Source of the DNA: Octopus vulgaris
Lineage: Eukaryota
NCBI GenBank assembly: GCA_951406725.2
Contig: OX597814.1
Span: forward strand, 75,020,001 to 75,084,000
Length of the DNA: 64,000 bases
Direction: 5' to 3'
This document shows positions 11,813 to 27,968 of this stretch, one piece after another (positions within the stretch are counted from its first letter, which is position 1; each line of letters begins with the position of its first letter). The position numbers and the translations under genes were made by a program. The notes under the pieces are model-generated. The model was not told where the DNA came from, searched no databases, and saw only the letters and a list, made by a program, of their open reading frames with translations.

Positions 11813-13360
11813 TTAGGTCGTCAAGTAAAAAATTTGTAGAAAAGAAAATAAAGTTTGCTAATGTTTTATAAATACAAGGAATAGTTGCACATCCTGCAGA
11901 GCCTGCTAACTTCATTTCTTTCTAGTTTTTGCATATAATCTGCATTTGTGGCCCATGTTTCGCTATCCTGTAGTAGTGTTGTTCATACACATATATCATA
12001 CAATTTTCCTTTTTCTTTGAGAGAGGCCTTTTGTTTACCAACAGAGGTAATAGTGCTCTGAAGTATTGCTATTTTCAGAACATCTTCCTCCACTGCTAAT
12101 TAGATCACCTAGGTAACAAACTGTCTGAGCATTCCTCATATGCTTACCTCATATTCCTTTTTACAGTGTTTATGAATGAGGCAATGTGATTGAGTTATCT
12201 TTGCTTAAAGGGTTTTTGAGTCAAGGTATGCACCCATATCGTCAATACACTTTTGCCATTTCAGAGGCTGCTTGTCCAGCCCGGAACTGTAAAAGCCTGG
12301 TAATCTAGAGTCAATAAAATCTTGGAAGGCCTGTTTTACAGCATCATCAGAATTAAATTTTTTTCCTATCAATAAGTTATCCAAATTTTGGAAGTGGTGG
12401 TCAGTGGATGCAAGATATATGAGTATGGTGGATGATGGAAAACTTCCAACTTCAACTCCTGTAGTTTCACTAGTGTCATTTTTGCGATGTGTGGTCTGGC
12501 ATTGTCTTGCAGTAAAATAGGAGTGAATCTGGTGACTAATCTAGGCTGGTTTTTTTTGTAAGTTTCTGCATCATTTGCTCCATTTGGCTGCAGTATACTT
12601 CAGCTGTGATTGATGAGCCAGGTTTAATGAAATCATAATGGATCACATCTGTGCCAGACCACCAAACACACACCATCAGTTTCTTTTGATGAATTTTGCT
12701 TTTTGGACTGTGTTTTGGTGGCTTGTCTTTGTCCAGCCATTGTGCTGAACATTTACGGTTGTTGTATTGGATTCATTTTTCATCACGTTACTTTTTGATT
12801 AAAAAATTATCTATTTTTATGACCAGAAAGTAGCATAATGCAGGCTTCCAAACATTGTTGTTTCTGATATTCATTGAGTTCATGTAGAACCCACTTATCC
12901 AACTTTTTCACTTCACCAATTTGAACTAGGTGGGTCAGTATTGTTTGTTTGCTAACAACAACGATAATTCACAGGCACTTTGAGATGGATCTGACTCGAT
13001 GGTGGCTTTCAGTTTGTCATCATTCACCTCTGTTTCTGGTTGACCGTGTTACTCATTTGTGAAGTCAAAGTTACCAGAACAAAATTTTGCAAACCAATTT
13101 GATATTGTCTGCTGTGTAATACCAATGGAATGAAATACTTCATTAATATTCCGAGCTGTTTCTGATGCTGTATTTCCAAGAACTGAACAAATTTCCGACT
13201 TATCCATCTCTAAACAAAAATAGAAAAAGGTGATTTAGCACTACTTTATAAAGTGCAAAATGAGTTAAAGAAAAGAAATAGATGTATCAGCTTTCTAACA
13301 AAAAATAAAGATTGTCAAAATATAATAATGGCGCAAAAATGTCAAAGTTTACCATACATA
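11813..13360 (-). mobile_element. Decayed mariner (D,D34D) transposon with transposase pseudogene (~13207-12225)
   Basis: Minus-strand MDKSEI start, KWVL (WVPHEL-like), MVCVWW..VIHY, LLQDNARPH, PYS.DLA.TDHHF and KWQ.CID..GAY. The terminus is TA|TTAGGT at ~11813. The 5' boundary is approximate. Confidence 0.8.
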
Positions 13361-13899
13361 TATCTTACTATATATTTCATACTTGATGAAGTGAAAGTTG
13401 TAAATGAGAATCCCCATCATAAAAGTGATGTTTTTCATTTCTAGTTTTCCATGAAAAACAAGTCTGACCATGGGAAAATATTATACTGTGTAGAAGCAGG
13501 TGAGGGTTGGCACCAGGAATGGCATCCAGCTGTAGAAAATCTGCTTCAACAAATTCTGTCTAAGCTACACAAGCATGGTAAAATGGGTATTAAAATGATG
13601 ATGATGATATTTATATATATGATGTGTATGTGTATAAATATTTATATATGATCATTGTTTTAACATCCACTTTTCCACCCTTGCATAGGTCAGACAGAGC
13701 TTGTTAAGGCAGATTTTCTGCGATTGGAAGCCTTCTCTGTCACTAAATTTTAGTTGTTTCCAAACAAACAAAATTTTCCCCATGAGTGAACTTATTGTGA
13801 TGGTAGACTGGAAAGATGGCACACTACTTGTATAATAGTGATACTCATTCATAACCATAATGTGATGGTGAAATAAGGATGTACAAACACACACACACA

Positions 13900-14085
13900 T
13901 ATGAATACACACGTAAGTATTACATATGTGACAAGTTTCTTTTAGTTTCCATCTACAAAATCTACTCACATGTCTTTGGCTGGCCTGGTGCTATAGTAAC
14001 AAACTCTTGCTTAAGGTGCATGCAACAGGACTGAATCCAAAATAACATGGAGGGAAGCAAACTTCTTAACAGCACAGTCATGTGT
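13900..14085 (-). mobile_element. SINE fragment (further SINE tails at ~13450-13610 + and ~13652-13790 -)
   Basis: Reverse-complement similarity to the 10240 SINE head (GTTTCCATCTACAAAATCTACTCACA..CTTTGG..GCTATAGTA). Confidence 0.6.
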
Positions 14086-14790
14086 GCATGCATGTGTCTG
14101 TTTGTCTATCTATATTGATCTATTTTTATAGGTAGATAGATAAATATGTGTGTGTATGTATATATGTTTATGCATGCGTGTATGTATAAATGTGTATATG
14201 CATGTGTAAATGTAAGTGCATGTAGTGTGTGTGTGTATTTTTTGATTAATGGGAAAGATGGAATATATGAGAATATTTATTGATCACTACAATTATTTCG
14301 ACCCATCTTTCATTGATCCTTTGCAGGTGGATACTGAACAACTGGTTTTAGGAGTATCCATCAGTGTAGATGTGTCTCTATATATGTGTGTATATATTTA
14401 TATATATATATATAGAGAGAGAGAGAGTGAAAGATGTGTATATATGTGTGTAAATGTGTGTGCGTGTATTTCTTATTAATGACCCATGCATGGAAAAGGG
14501 GATTTTAAAATGATATATAAATATTAATACACACATACATGCGCATGCACACTCACATACATATATATATAAATATCTTCATCATCATCATCATAATGCC
14601 CATTTTACCATGCTTGTGTAGATTAAACAGAATATATAAAGTAGCTAGTTAGAAAATTTTTATATGAGATGAAAGTAGTAACTATACTGAGAAGTAATGT
14701 GTGTATATATGTATGTAGATATGTATATATATATATATTTATATATATATGTATGTATGTATATATATATGTATGTATGTATATATGTAC

Positions 14791-14827
<37 letters not shown>

Positions 14828-15990
14828 CTAGCAGAGATACCTGGTGTTGCCCGTGTTACATGCAACTGAAGAATTAGACTTTTCTGTTATATTTTCTCTA
14901 ATGAACTGGACTACCTATGATTCGAATTTCATCAAAATTGCAGATGAGGGTTCTTTCCCTCTTTACACACCCTAAAAAAATTCTAATCACGACACATGTA
15001 TCCCATACTACTGATCTTTATGTACAGATTCCAAAATTCCAGTCTTATGGAACCTGTTAAAAGGATTTTGCTCCTGAAGAATTGAGGTCATTGAGCTCTA
15101 AAATGTGGGAGTTAAGGCCCCTATTGGGGGTGGGTGTCTTAATGTCAACCAGAGAAGTTGAATTGTTGAGAATCTTTTTAAGTTGGTTATATCTATTGTT
15201 TGAATTTCTTTGAAATAGGAAATATATGTATGTTCACTGGGTTTGTAAAAGAGAGCAAAGCTACAGGAAACCAAAAGACGAATGATCACAATAAGCAGTC
15301 AGCTAGCCTACCCTAGTCGTTACCACTGCCAATGTAGGATTCCTCACCATACAGGTGACAGGCACAGCCATAAGATGCATTACGGATCTATAGCAATTGG
15401 AAGGGCATGACTCATGACATGAGGGCTAAGGAGAGATGAAAGTGTCACCTCTGGAGTTTGCAAATGACCACTATACCGATAGGTAACTGGACAAAATAAA
15501 TTTACAATCTATAAATGTCTTTGAATAACCAGTCACTCATCTGGGAAGGCCTTGAAATCAATGTTATCATCTGGGGACTATGTATGACCCAGTGATAATA
15601 AAAAGACTCAAAGGAGGTCTGCAACCAAATAACTTTACTGAACACTTTTCTACTGAATCAGTGGAGACAAAGATGCCTCTCATTTACTTGACAATTTATG
15701 CACCACATTGCAGAAATCACAATCTAATCTCAAAGCAATCCCTTTAAGCCATCTGAAATTCAAACCAAACATTGCATTATACCAGCCCTTATGCATTGAA
15801 TGTAAATTCCAAATATTATAAGGATCCATTCAGTAATTTTGGTCCATGAAATTGTATGAAGCACACAGCATTACCCTTCTCCCTAGGCTTGGATTTTGTG
15901 TTCCAAATTTCATTAGGATCAGTGCAGTAGTTTTCGATTGTATAGGTAGCATATGAACACACATAAAGACATTGATTTTTATATAATAGA
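14828..15990 (-). mobile_element. Non-autonomous Helitron
   Basis: On the minus strand it starts TCTATTATAT at 15990 and ends with a GC-rich subterminal hairpin and CTAG at 14831-14828, followed by T. Confidence 0.7.
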
Positions 15991-16377
15991 CTAGCTATTT
16001 TGACCCATGCTTCGCTTGGGTTTTGGTGATGGTGTTATTTTGTGCATGTTGTCTCTTTTCCCTTTCATCTTTTGTTCGTCTTCTTTGCCTGGTTCTTTTT
16101 ATTGCCCTCTTCTTTTTCTTATTTTTTAACTTTTTCTTTGTCTTTATCTTCTTTAAAACTCAATTTTTCCCATATTTCTCACCATGGCAACCAAACTGTA
16201 GTCCAAGTGACTTGCAGCCCTCCTCACACCATTGCCCACCCCATTTTACCCCCCCAGTGTAAATTTTGGCGCCAATCCGACCCCATCTACCGCCCCTTAA
16301 ACTGTTCCCATTCCAAAATGAGGCAAGTAACCAAGAAATCAAACAGCTTTTTTGCATTTCAGCTTTATAGATATTGA
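15991..16377 (-). mobile_element. Non-autonomous Helitron (second family); related 5'-end fragment at ~16800-16983
   Basis: The 5' end is A|TCAATATCTATAAAG and the 3' end is the hairpin CCCAAGCGAAGCATGGG followed by CTAG. About 120 bp of the 5' end recurs at 16865-16983. Confidence 0.7.
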
Positions 16378-16426
16378 TTATATATATACACATATATATG
16401 TATACACATTATATATATATTTATAT

Positions 16427-16464
<38 letters not shown>

Positions 16465-17119
16465 CACAATATATCTGTTATGATTGTGTGGTGATGGTGG
16501 GTGATAATAATTCACCGTTCTAAAAGACCTGTGGCGGGAATATTTAAACTTTTGCAGCTGTCAACACTTTCTCTCTATAGATACAGACAGATGTACAGTG
16601 AGAGAGGTGGTGGGAGAAAGAGTGACAGAGAGATAGCGAAGGCAGAGAGGGAATGAGAGTGGAAGTTGTCAAACATCGTTATAGAGAGAACTTGGAGGGA
16701 AGGAAGGAAAAAGAGAGATTGAGGAAGACAGGGTGATATCCGAAAGAGAGAAAGGACAAACTCTTGTCAAAGTCTGGGTTTTGTTGCCCTGGTAATCACA
16801 GCTTTTGAGATAGGGGCTTCTAACCTAGTCCAGTCACTTCCTCGCCTCTTTTTACATGTCCCTATAAATTTTGGTGTCAATCCGACCCCCATCTACCGCC
16901 CCTTAAACCGTTCCCATCCCAAAATGGGACAAACAACCAAGAAATCAAACAACTTTTTCGCATTTCAGCTTTATAGATATTGATATGAAAATGCACATAT
17001 ACATACATGTATATATATATATATATGTGTGTGTGTGTATTATATATATATACATACACACAAAAAGATAAATTGATAGATACAACTGAGTGAGCAAAGT
17101 GAGCAAACAAAAATATGCC

Positions 17120-17260
17120 TAGTGCTTTTTTTTTAGTTTGATGAGCCAGGTACTTATTCTATCAGTTTCTTCTTGTCAAACAAGTAAGTTATGGGGATGT
17201 AAATAAACGAACAGCAGTTGTGAAGCAGTGGTGAGGGAGAAACACAGAGACAAAGACACA
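17120..17260 (-). mobile_element. SINE 3'-half fragment
   Basis: Reverse complement of the 10540-10670 SINE segment (AGGTACTTATTCTATC..GGGATGTAAATAAAC). Confidence 0.6.
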
Positions 17261-17350
17261 TACATACACAAACATATATGCATATACATCTATATCTATA
17301 TATGTGCATCTATAAATATACAGCTGTACATATACATGTTTACATATACA

Positions 17351-17400
<50 letters not shown>

Positions 17401-17658
17401 CATGTATATATATAAATCTATATATATATACATTTATGCAGATGTGTACATACATATATATATATATATAAAACAAATAAGAAAATGGAGAAACAAATTC
17501 AGTTTGTTCATCAACTTAGTGATATTACAATGTTACATTATTTATTCATTTTACAAATGAGAACATCAAAAGCAAACAAAATATATAAATCAGTATAATA
17601 ATAATACAAATGCAGATTTTAAAAGTCATATTATAAATTATTGAAATTCATAAACTAC

Positions 17659-17794
17659 TTCTTACAACTGTTTCAGCCTATGGTCAAAAGTCAAGCCAAC
17701 TTACATTGCCTATAGATGTCAATATATTACAGATGTAGGCATTTAAAATATACAATACTTATATGTTAAAAGAACCATAGGCCTCGTCAGAGGA
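17659..17794 (-). ncRNA. Type I hammerhead ribozyme motif in non-coding repeat (~17470-17900; partial second copy 18556-18780)
   Basis: Minus strand CT-CTGACGA-GGCCTATGGT...ACCATAGGCT-GAAAC-AGTT-GTA-AG. Stem II is 10 bp and stem I is short. Confidence 0.65.
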
Positions 17795-17900
17795 TATAAT
17801 TAACTTGAAAAATATAATAATAATATTAATATACTAAACATGCTGCACTTATTACCTAATATATACAAATAAATAATAAACAAATATCCCCAAAAACATA

Positions 17901-21042
<3,142 letters not shown>

Positions 21043-21678
21043 CTAGCAGTATCGCCCGGCGTTGCTCGGGTTTGTAAGGGAAATAACTATATAAGCATTT
21101 TTAGAGAGTTATAGCCAAAAAATAGCAAAAAATGCATTAAAAATGGAAAAAATATGATGGTAAATTTTTTTAAAATCGTTGACTCATCGTAGACATTTTT
21201 AGAGAGTTACTTCCCTTATATAATAGCGAAAAAATGCATTAAAATGGAAAAAAAACGATGGTAAATTTTTTTTTAAATCGTAGACTCATGTAGACGCTTT
21301 CTTAGCCATTTCTGTTTTGGTGTCTTCAAGCCATGAAGTCGTTGTTCTAAAAGAACACTGGTCTCCTTGACAACGCATTACGACGTTGATTTCCTTACAC
21401 TCCCTTCCCCACAGGTGCAGGTGTGAGCGTGGACGCCAACTCCGCCGGCATCGACACACGAAAAATTATGCATTAAAATGGAATAAAAAATGATGTTAAA
21501 TTATTTTTAAAATCGTCGACTCATCGTAGACGCGCGCTAATATTCAGACGGGCTCGATATGAATCACGACTATAAGCTACCCGAATTTGGTTAAACTGTA
21601 CCGCAAAATGTGGGAGTAGTTAGGAATCTAAATCGAAGGGGACAGACACTCACACAACTACAGTTTTATATATATAGA
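21043..21678 (-). mobile_element. Non-autonomous Helitron family A
   Basis: 5' A|TCTATATATATAAAA; 3' CCCGAGCAACGCCGGG hairpin + CGATACTGCTAG|T. Confidence 0.85.
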
Positions 21679-22049
21679 TATACATAGTGCAGTAGTGGTG
21701 AGATATGACAGCAAAGAAAAGCATACATTCACTCTCTGCATGCAATTAGACTCGGAAAGTTCGTGAGGAACCCATTGACCCAATTTGCTGACTTTTCCGA
21801 TAGCACACAGGTGTCAATGAATGGTTGAATGACCAAATCCAAGCTTCTCTGCTAGTTCCTCAACAGTTACGATGAGATTTTGTTCCACCAGGGTTTTCAG
21901 GATGTCCTTGTCGAGTTCTACAGATCTTTCAGGATGAGGCTCGTCTTCTAGGCTGTAGTTTATGGCTCGGGATTTCTGGAACCACCATTGACACTGCCTT
22001 ACGCTTATTGTCCAATCCCCATATACTGCATTAATATTTCTTGTACTTT
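21679..22049 (-). pseudogene. Mariner transposase N-terminal fragment
   Basis: [31 protein letters not shown] followed by GQWVPHEL. Copies lie at ~26103-26473 and 30424-30925. Confidence 0.8.
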
Positions 22050-22362
22050 GCACACATTTATATTCTGTTATTCTTTTATATGTTTCAGCCTTGAGGTTGT
22101 GGCCATGCTGGATCATGTGTGTGTGTGTGTGTGTCTATCTGTCTGTCTGTCTGTATGTATATATGTATATGTATGTGTGTGAACAATAATATTTTCAACA
22201 GATGTGTTGCAAATGTATCTGATTATTCTCAAGCTTCAATACTGTGTGTGTGTGTATGTGTGTGTGTGTATGTATGTATGTATATGTGTGTATGTATGTA
22301 TATGTATGTATGTATGTATGTGTGTATGTATGTATGTGTGTGTGTATGTATGTGTGTGTGTA

Positions 22363-22397
<35 letters not shown>

Positions 22398-22429
22398 TTA
22401 TGTATGTATGTATGTATGTATGTATGTAT

Positions 22430-22854
22430 GAGTGTATGTTTACTTTATTACTAATTACTCTCTTCCAAGAACATTTTCACTCACTCTTAGCTCTTAGCTT
22501 CCCATACATTTTACTCATGTATCTATCAGCGGCATAGACAGAATACTTTCACTTTAGTCTTCCTCAAATCACTCTGTCGCTATTTACTTTCATTTTATTC
22601 GTTGCCCACTGTGTGTGTGTGTTTGCATGTGGTGTAAACCAGACTAAGAAAAGCATTTGACACACACACCAGAATGTGAGTTTTCTGTAAATTTTGCTTA
22701 ATTGGAGTTTAAATTTTAAAAACTGGACCTGGCATGACGCGATGCATTGTACTCTTAAAACTGCTAGGTAAATTGTAATTGAAGAAATCCTATATTGTAG
22801 ATTTGTATAACTCCCAAAGGGAGGCAGATAAAATCTGCCTTTTATAATAAGAGA
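22430..22854 (-). mobile_element. Helitron family B 5' portion
   Basis: Minus-strand start A|TCTCTTATTATAAAAGGCAGA. The same sequence occurs at ~26870-27290 (-) and from 27447 (+). It has no CTAG end of its own. Confidence 0.6.
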
Positions 22855-22966
22855 TATATATTTATATGTATATATTTATATATATATATATATATTTATA
22901 TGTATATATTTATATATATATTTATATGTATATATTTATATATATGTATATATTTATATATATACA

Positions 22967-23047
<81 letters not shown>

Positions 23048-23148
23048 ATATATATATTTATATGTATATATATATATTTATATGTATATATTTATATATA
23101 TGTATATATTTATATATATATATATATTTATATGTATATATTTATATA

Positions 23149-23243
<95 letters not shown>

Positions 23244-23258
23244 ATTTATATATATATT

Positions 23259-25376
23259 TATTATTGCGGCGTTACGTGCACCCCCCGTTTGTTTGTCCAA
23301 TTTTAAACCCTGCACGACTTCTATACACACTGTCTTTTACTACCCGCCATTGCTTCTTCACCAAACTTTTTGGCGCCCTCCGATTCTTCCTCCCATCCTC
23401 CTCCCCTCTTCCTCCCATCCTCCTTAATCCCTTCTTTCTCCTTCTCTCTTGGTCACTGATTCTGTCCCCTGCCTTCCACCCTCTTTGATTCCCTCTCTCT
23501 CTGTCTCTCTTTCTCTCTCTCCTGCGACCTGCTGCTTCTTAAACCATTCTGTTGGCCTTCGTATCTCGACCAACATGTGTCCCCGCTACCGAAACGGTAA
23601 TTATTTCTACGCCAGCTATGTTGTTGTTGTGTTTTTGTCTCATTTGGTCTAAAGTCGTATGACAACCACCGTTCTATATATTTTGTTTATTCATTACTGT
23701 TTTCAATTTCGTTTTCGTCTCTTGTATTCACATCCGTCTTGTGCGTTCACATTCCTGTCTTCTACCAAGAAATCTAATGCTTACAGCTTAGTTTTTTTCT
23801 TGGGGCTGGCCGAGTTGGAGCAAATATCAGAATTGAACAGCCGAAATTTGCTATGATGATTCGGTGTCTGACTGAAGATTGAAGGCTTCGAATGATTTGT
23901 CTGTGTTCCGTGTTCGTCCCTTCCTGTATTTCACGTTCATTATATATAAAAACATTCATTCTTATATTATTGCGGCGTTACGTGCACCCCCCGTTTGTTT
24001 GTCCAATTTTAAACCCTGCACGACTTCTATACACACTGTCTTTTACTACCCGCCATTGCTTCTTCACCAAACTTTTTGGCGCCCTCCGATTCTTCCTCCC
24101 ATCCTCCTCCCCTCTTCCTCCCATCCTCCTTAATCCCTTCTTTCTCCTTCTCTCTTGGTCACTGATTCTGTCCCCTGCCTTCCACCCTCTTTGATTCCCT
24201 CTCTCTCTGTCTCTCTTTCTCTCTCTCCTGCGACCTGCTGCTTCTTAAACCATTCTGTTGGCCTTCGTATCTCGACCAACATGTGTCCCCGCTACCGAAA
24301 CGGTAATTATTTCTACGCCAGCTATGTTGTTGTTGTGTTTTTGTCTCATTTGGTCTAAAGTCGTATGACAACCACCGTTCTATATATTTTGTTTATTCAT
24401 TACTGTTTTCAATTTCGTTTTCGTCTCTTGTATTCACATCCGTCTTGTGCGTTCACATTCCTGTCTTCTACCAAGAAATCTAATGCTTACAGCTTAGTTT
24501 TTTTCTTGGGGCTGGCCGAGTTGGAGCAAATATCAGAATTGAACAGCCGAAATTTGCTATGATGATTCGGTGTCTGACTGAAGATTGAAGGCTTCGAATG
24601 ATTTGTCTGTGTTCCGTGTTCGTCCCTTCCTGTATTTCACGTTCATTATATATAAAAACATTCATTCTTATATTATTGCGGCGTTACGTGCACCCCCCGT
24701 TTGTTTGTCCAATTTTAAACCCTGCACGACTTCTATACACACTGTCTTTTACTACCCGCCATTGCTTCTTCACCAAACTTTTTGGCGCCCTCCGATTCTT
24801 CCTCCCATCCTCCTCCCCTCTTCCTCCCATCCTCCTTAATCCCTTCTTTCTCCTTCTCTCTTGGTCACTGATTCTGTCCCCTGCCTTCCACCCTCTTTGA
24901 TTCCCTCTCTCTCTGTCTCTCTTTCTCTCTCTCCTGCGACCTGCTGCTTCTTAAACCATTCTGTTGGCCTTCGTATCTCGACCAACATGTGTCCCCGCTA
25001 CCGAAACGGTAATTATTTCTACGCCAGCTATGTTGTTGTTGTGTTTTTGTCTCATTTGGTCTAAAGTCGTATGACAACCACCGTTCTATATATTTTGTTT
25101 ATTCATTACTGTTTTCAATTTCGTTTTCGTCTCTTGTATTCACATCCGTCTTGTGCGTTCACATTCCTGTCTTCTACCAAGAAATCTAATGCTTACAGCT
25201 TAGTTTTTTTCTTGGGGCTGGCCGAGTTGGAGCAAATATCAGAATTGAACAGCCGAAATTTGCTATGATGATTCGGTGTCTGACTGAAGATTGAAGGCTT
25301 CGAATGATTTGTCTGTGTTCCGTGTTCGTCCCTTCCTGTATTTCACGTTCATTATATATAAAAACATTCATTCTTA
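23259..25376. repeat. Three apparently identical tandem 706-bp non-coding units inserted in TA
   Basis: Unit starts at 23259, 23965 and 24671; the ORF track repeats at an exact 706-bp period. Confidence 0.95.
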
Positions 25377-25380
25377 TATA

Positions 25381-25458
<78 letters not shown>

Positions 25459-25467
25459 ATATATATA

Positions 25468-26796
25468 CTAGCAGTATCGCCCGGCGTTGCTTGGGTTTGT
25501 AAGAGAAATAACTATATAAGCATTTTTAGAGAGTTATAGCCAAAAAATAGCAAAAAATGCATTAAAAATGGAAAAAATATGATGGTAAATTTTTTTAAAT
25601 CGTTGACTCATCGTAGACATTTTTAGAGAGTTACTTCCCTTATATAATAGCGAAAAAATGCATTGAAATGGAAAAAAAACGATGGTAAATTTTTTTTTAA
25701 ATCGTAGACTCATGTAGACGCTTTCTTAGCCATTTCTGTTTTGGTGTCTTCAAGCCATGAAGTCGTTGTTCTAAAAGAACGCTGGTCTCCTTGACAACGC
25801 ATTACGACGTTGATTTCCTTACACTCCCTTCCCCACAGGTGCAGGTGTGAGCGTGGACGCCAACTCCGCCGCCATCGACACACGAAAAATTATGCATTAA
25901 AATGGAATAAAAAATGATGTTAAATTATTTTTAAAATCGTAGACTCATCGTTGACGCGCGCTAATAGTCAGACGGGCTCGATATGAATCACGACTATAAG
26001 CTACCCGAATTTGGTTAAACTGTACCGCAAAATGTGGGAGTAGTTAGGAATCTAAATCGAAGGGGACAGACACTCACAAAACTACAGTTTTATATATATA
26101 GATATACATAGCGCAGTAGTGGTGAGATGTGACAGCAAAGAAAAGCATACATTCACTCTCTGCATGCAATTAGACTCGGAAAGTTCGTGAGGAACCCATT
26201 GACCCAATTTGCTGACTTTTCCGATAGCACACAGGTGTCAATGAATGGTTGAATGACCAAATCCAAGCTTCTCTGCTAGTTCCTCAACAGTTACGATGAG
26301 ATTTTGTTCCACCAGGGTTTTCAGGATGTCCTTGTCGAGTTCTACAGATCTTTCAGGATGAGGCTTGTCTTCTAGGCTGTAGTTTATGGCTCGGGATTTC
26401 TGGAACCACCATTGACACTGCCTTATGCTTATTGTCCAATCCCCATATACTGCATTAATATTTCTTGTACTTTGCACACATTTATATTCTGTTATTCTTT
26501 TATATGTTTCAGCCTTGAGGTTGTGGCCATGCTGGATCATGTGTGTGTGTGTGTGTGTGTGTGTCTATCTGTCTGTCTGTCTGTATGTATATATGTATAT
26601 GTATGTGTGTGAACAATAATATTTTCAACAGAAGTGTTGCAAATGTATCTGATTGTTCTCAAGCTTCAATACTGTGTGTGTGTGTGTATGTGTGTGTGTG
26701 TATGTATGTATGTATATGTATGTATGTATGTATATGTATGTATGTATGTATGTGTGTATGTATGTATGTGTGTGTGTGTATGTATGTGTGTGTGTA

Positions 26797-26827
<31 letters not shown>

Positions 26828-27290
26828 ATTTATGTATGTATGTATGTATGTATGTATGTATGTATGAGTGTATGTTTACTTTATTACTAATTACTCTCTT
26901 CCAAGAACATTTTCACTCACTCTTAGCTCTTAGCTTCCCATACATTTTACTCATGTATCTATCAGCGGCATAGACAGAATACTTTCACTTTAGTCTTCCT
27001 CAAATCACTCTGTCGCTATTTACTTTCATTTCATTCGTTGCCCACTGTGTGTGTGCGTTTGCATGTGGTGTAAACCAGACTAAGAAAAGCATTTGACACA
27101 CACACCAGAATGTGAGTTTTCTGTAAATTTTGCTTAATTGGAGTTTAAATTTTAAAAACTGGAGCTGGCATGACGCGATGCATTGTACTCTTAAAACTGC
27201 TAGGTAAATTGTAATTGAAGAAATCCTATATTGTAGATTTGTATAACTCCCAAAGGGAGGCAGATAAAATCTGCCTTTTATAATAAGAGA
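25468..27290 (-). mobile_element. Second copy of composite block 21043-22854 (Helitron A + mariner fragment + SINE tail + microsatellite + Helitron B 5' end)
   Basis: Colinear and near-identical, with scattered substitutions and the same TC and CTAG boundaries. Confidence 0.85.
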
Positions 27291-27446
27291 TATATATTTA
27301 TATGTATATATTTATATATATATATATATATTTATATGTATATATTTATATATATGTATATATTTATATATATACATATTTATATATATATATATTTATA
27401 TATATATATATATTTATATATATTTATATATATATATTTATATGTA

Positions 27447-27790
27447 TCTCTTATTATAAAAGGCAGATTCTATCTGCCTCCCTTTGGGAGTTATACAAAT
27501 CTACAATATAGGATTTCTTCAATTACAATTTACCTAGCAATTTTAAGAGTACAATGCATCGCGTCATGCCAGGTCCAGTTTTTAAAATTTAAACTCCAAT
27601 TAAGCAAAATTTACAGAAAACTCACATTCTGGTGTGTGTGTCAAATGCTTTTCTTAGTCTGGTTTACACCACACGCAAACGCACACACACAGTGGGCAGC
27701 GTATAAAATGAAAGTAATTTACTTACTGTAGTGAGTGATTCTTTCACTCTGCCTCCCACTTCCTCTTTCAACACAGACACGCAAATATAT
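27447..27790 (+). mobile_element. Helitron family B 5' portion, plus strand
   Basis: Starts A|TCTCTTATTATAAAAGG and is an inverted copy of ~27020-27290. Confidence 0.6.
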
Positions 27791-27824
27791 AAATAAAATT
27801 GTAAGCTAACGTGCGTGTGTGTGA

Positions 27825-27863
<39 letters not shown>

Positions 27864-27868
27864 TGAGG

Positions 27869-27904
<36 letters not shown>

Positions 27905-27968
27905 GCGTGAGTGTGTGACAGGAAAGTTTTTTACGACGAATATAACACCTATATCCAAGTAGCAGAAA

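Noticed and set aside
14310-14370. Acceptor-like CTTTGCAG followed by short unique sequence
   Set aside because: No convincing donor site or recognisable peptide.
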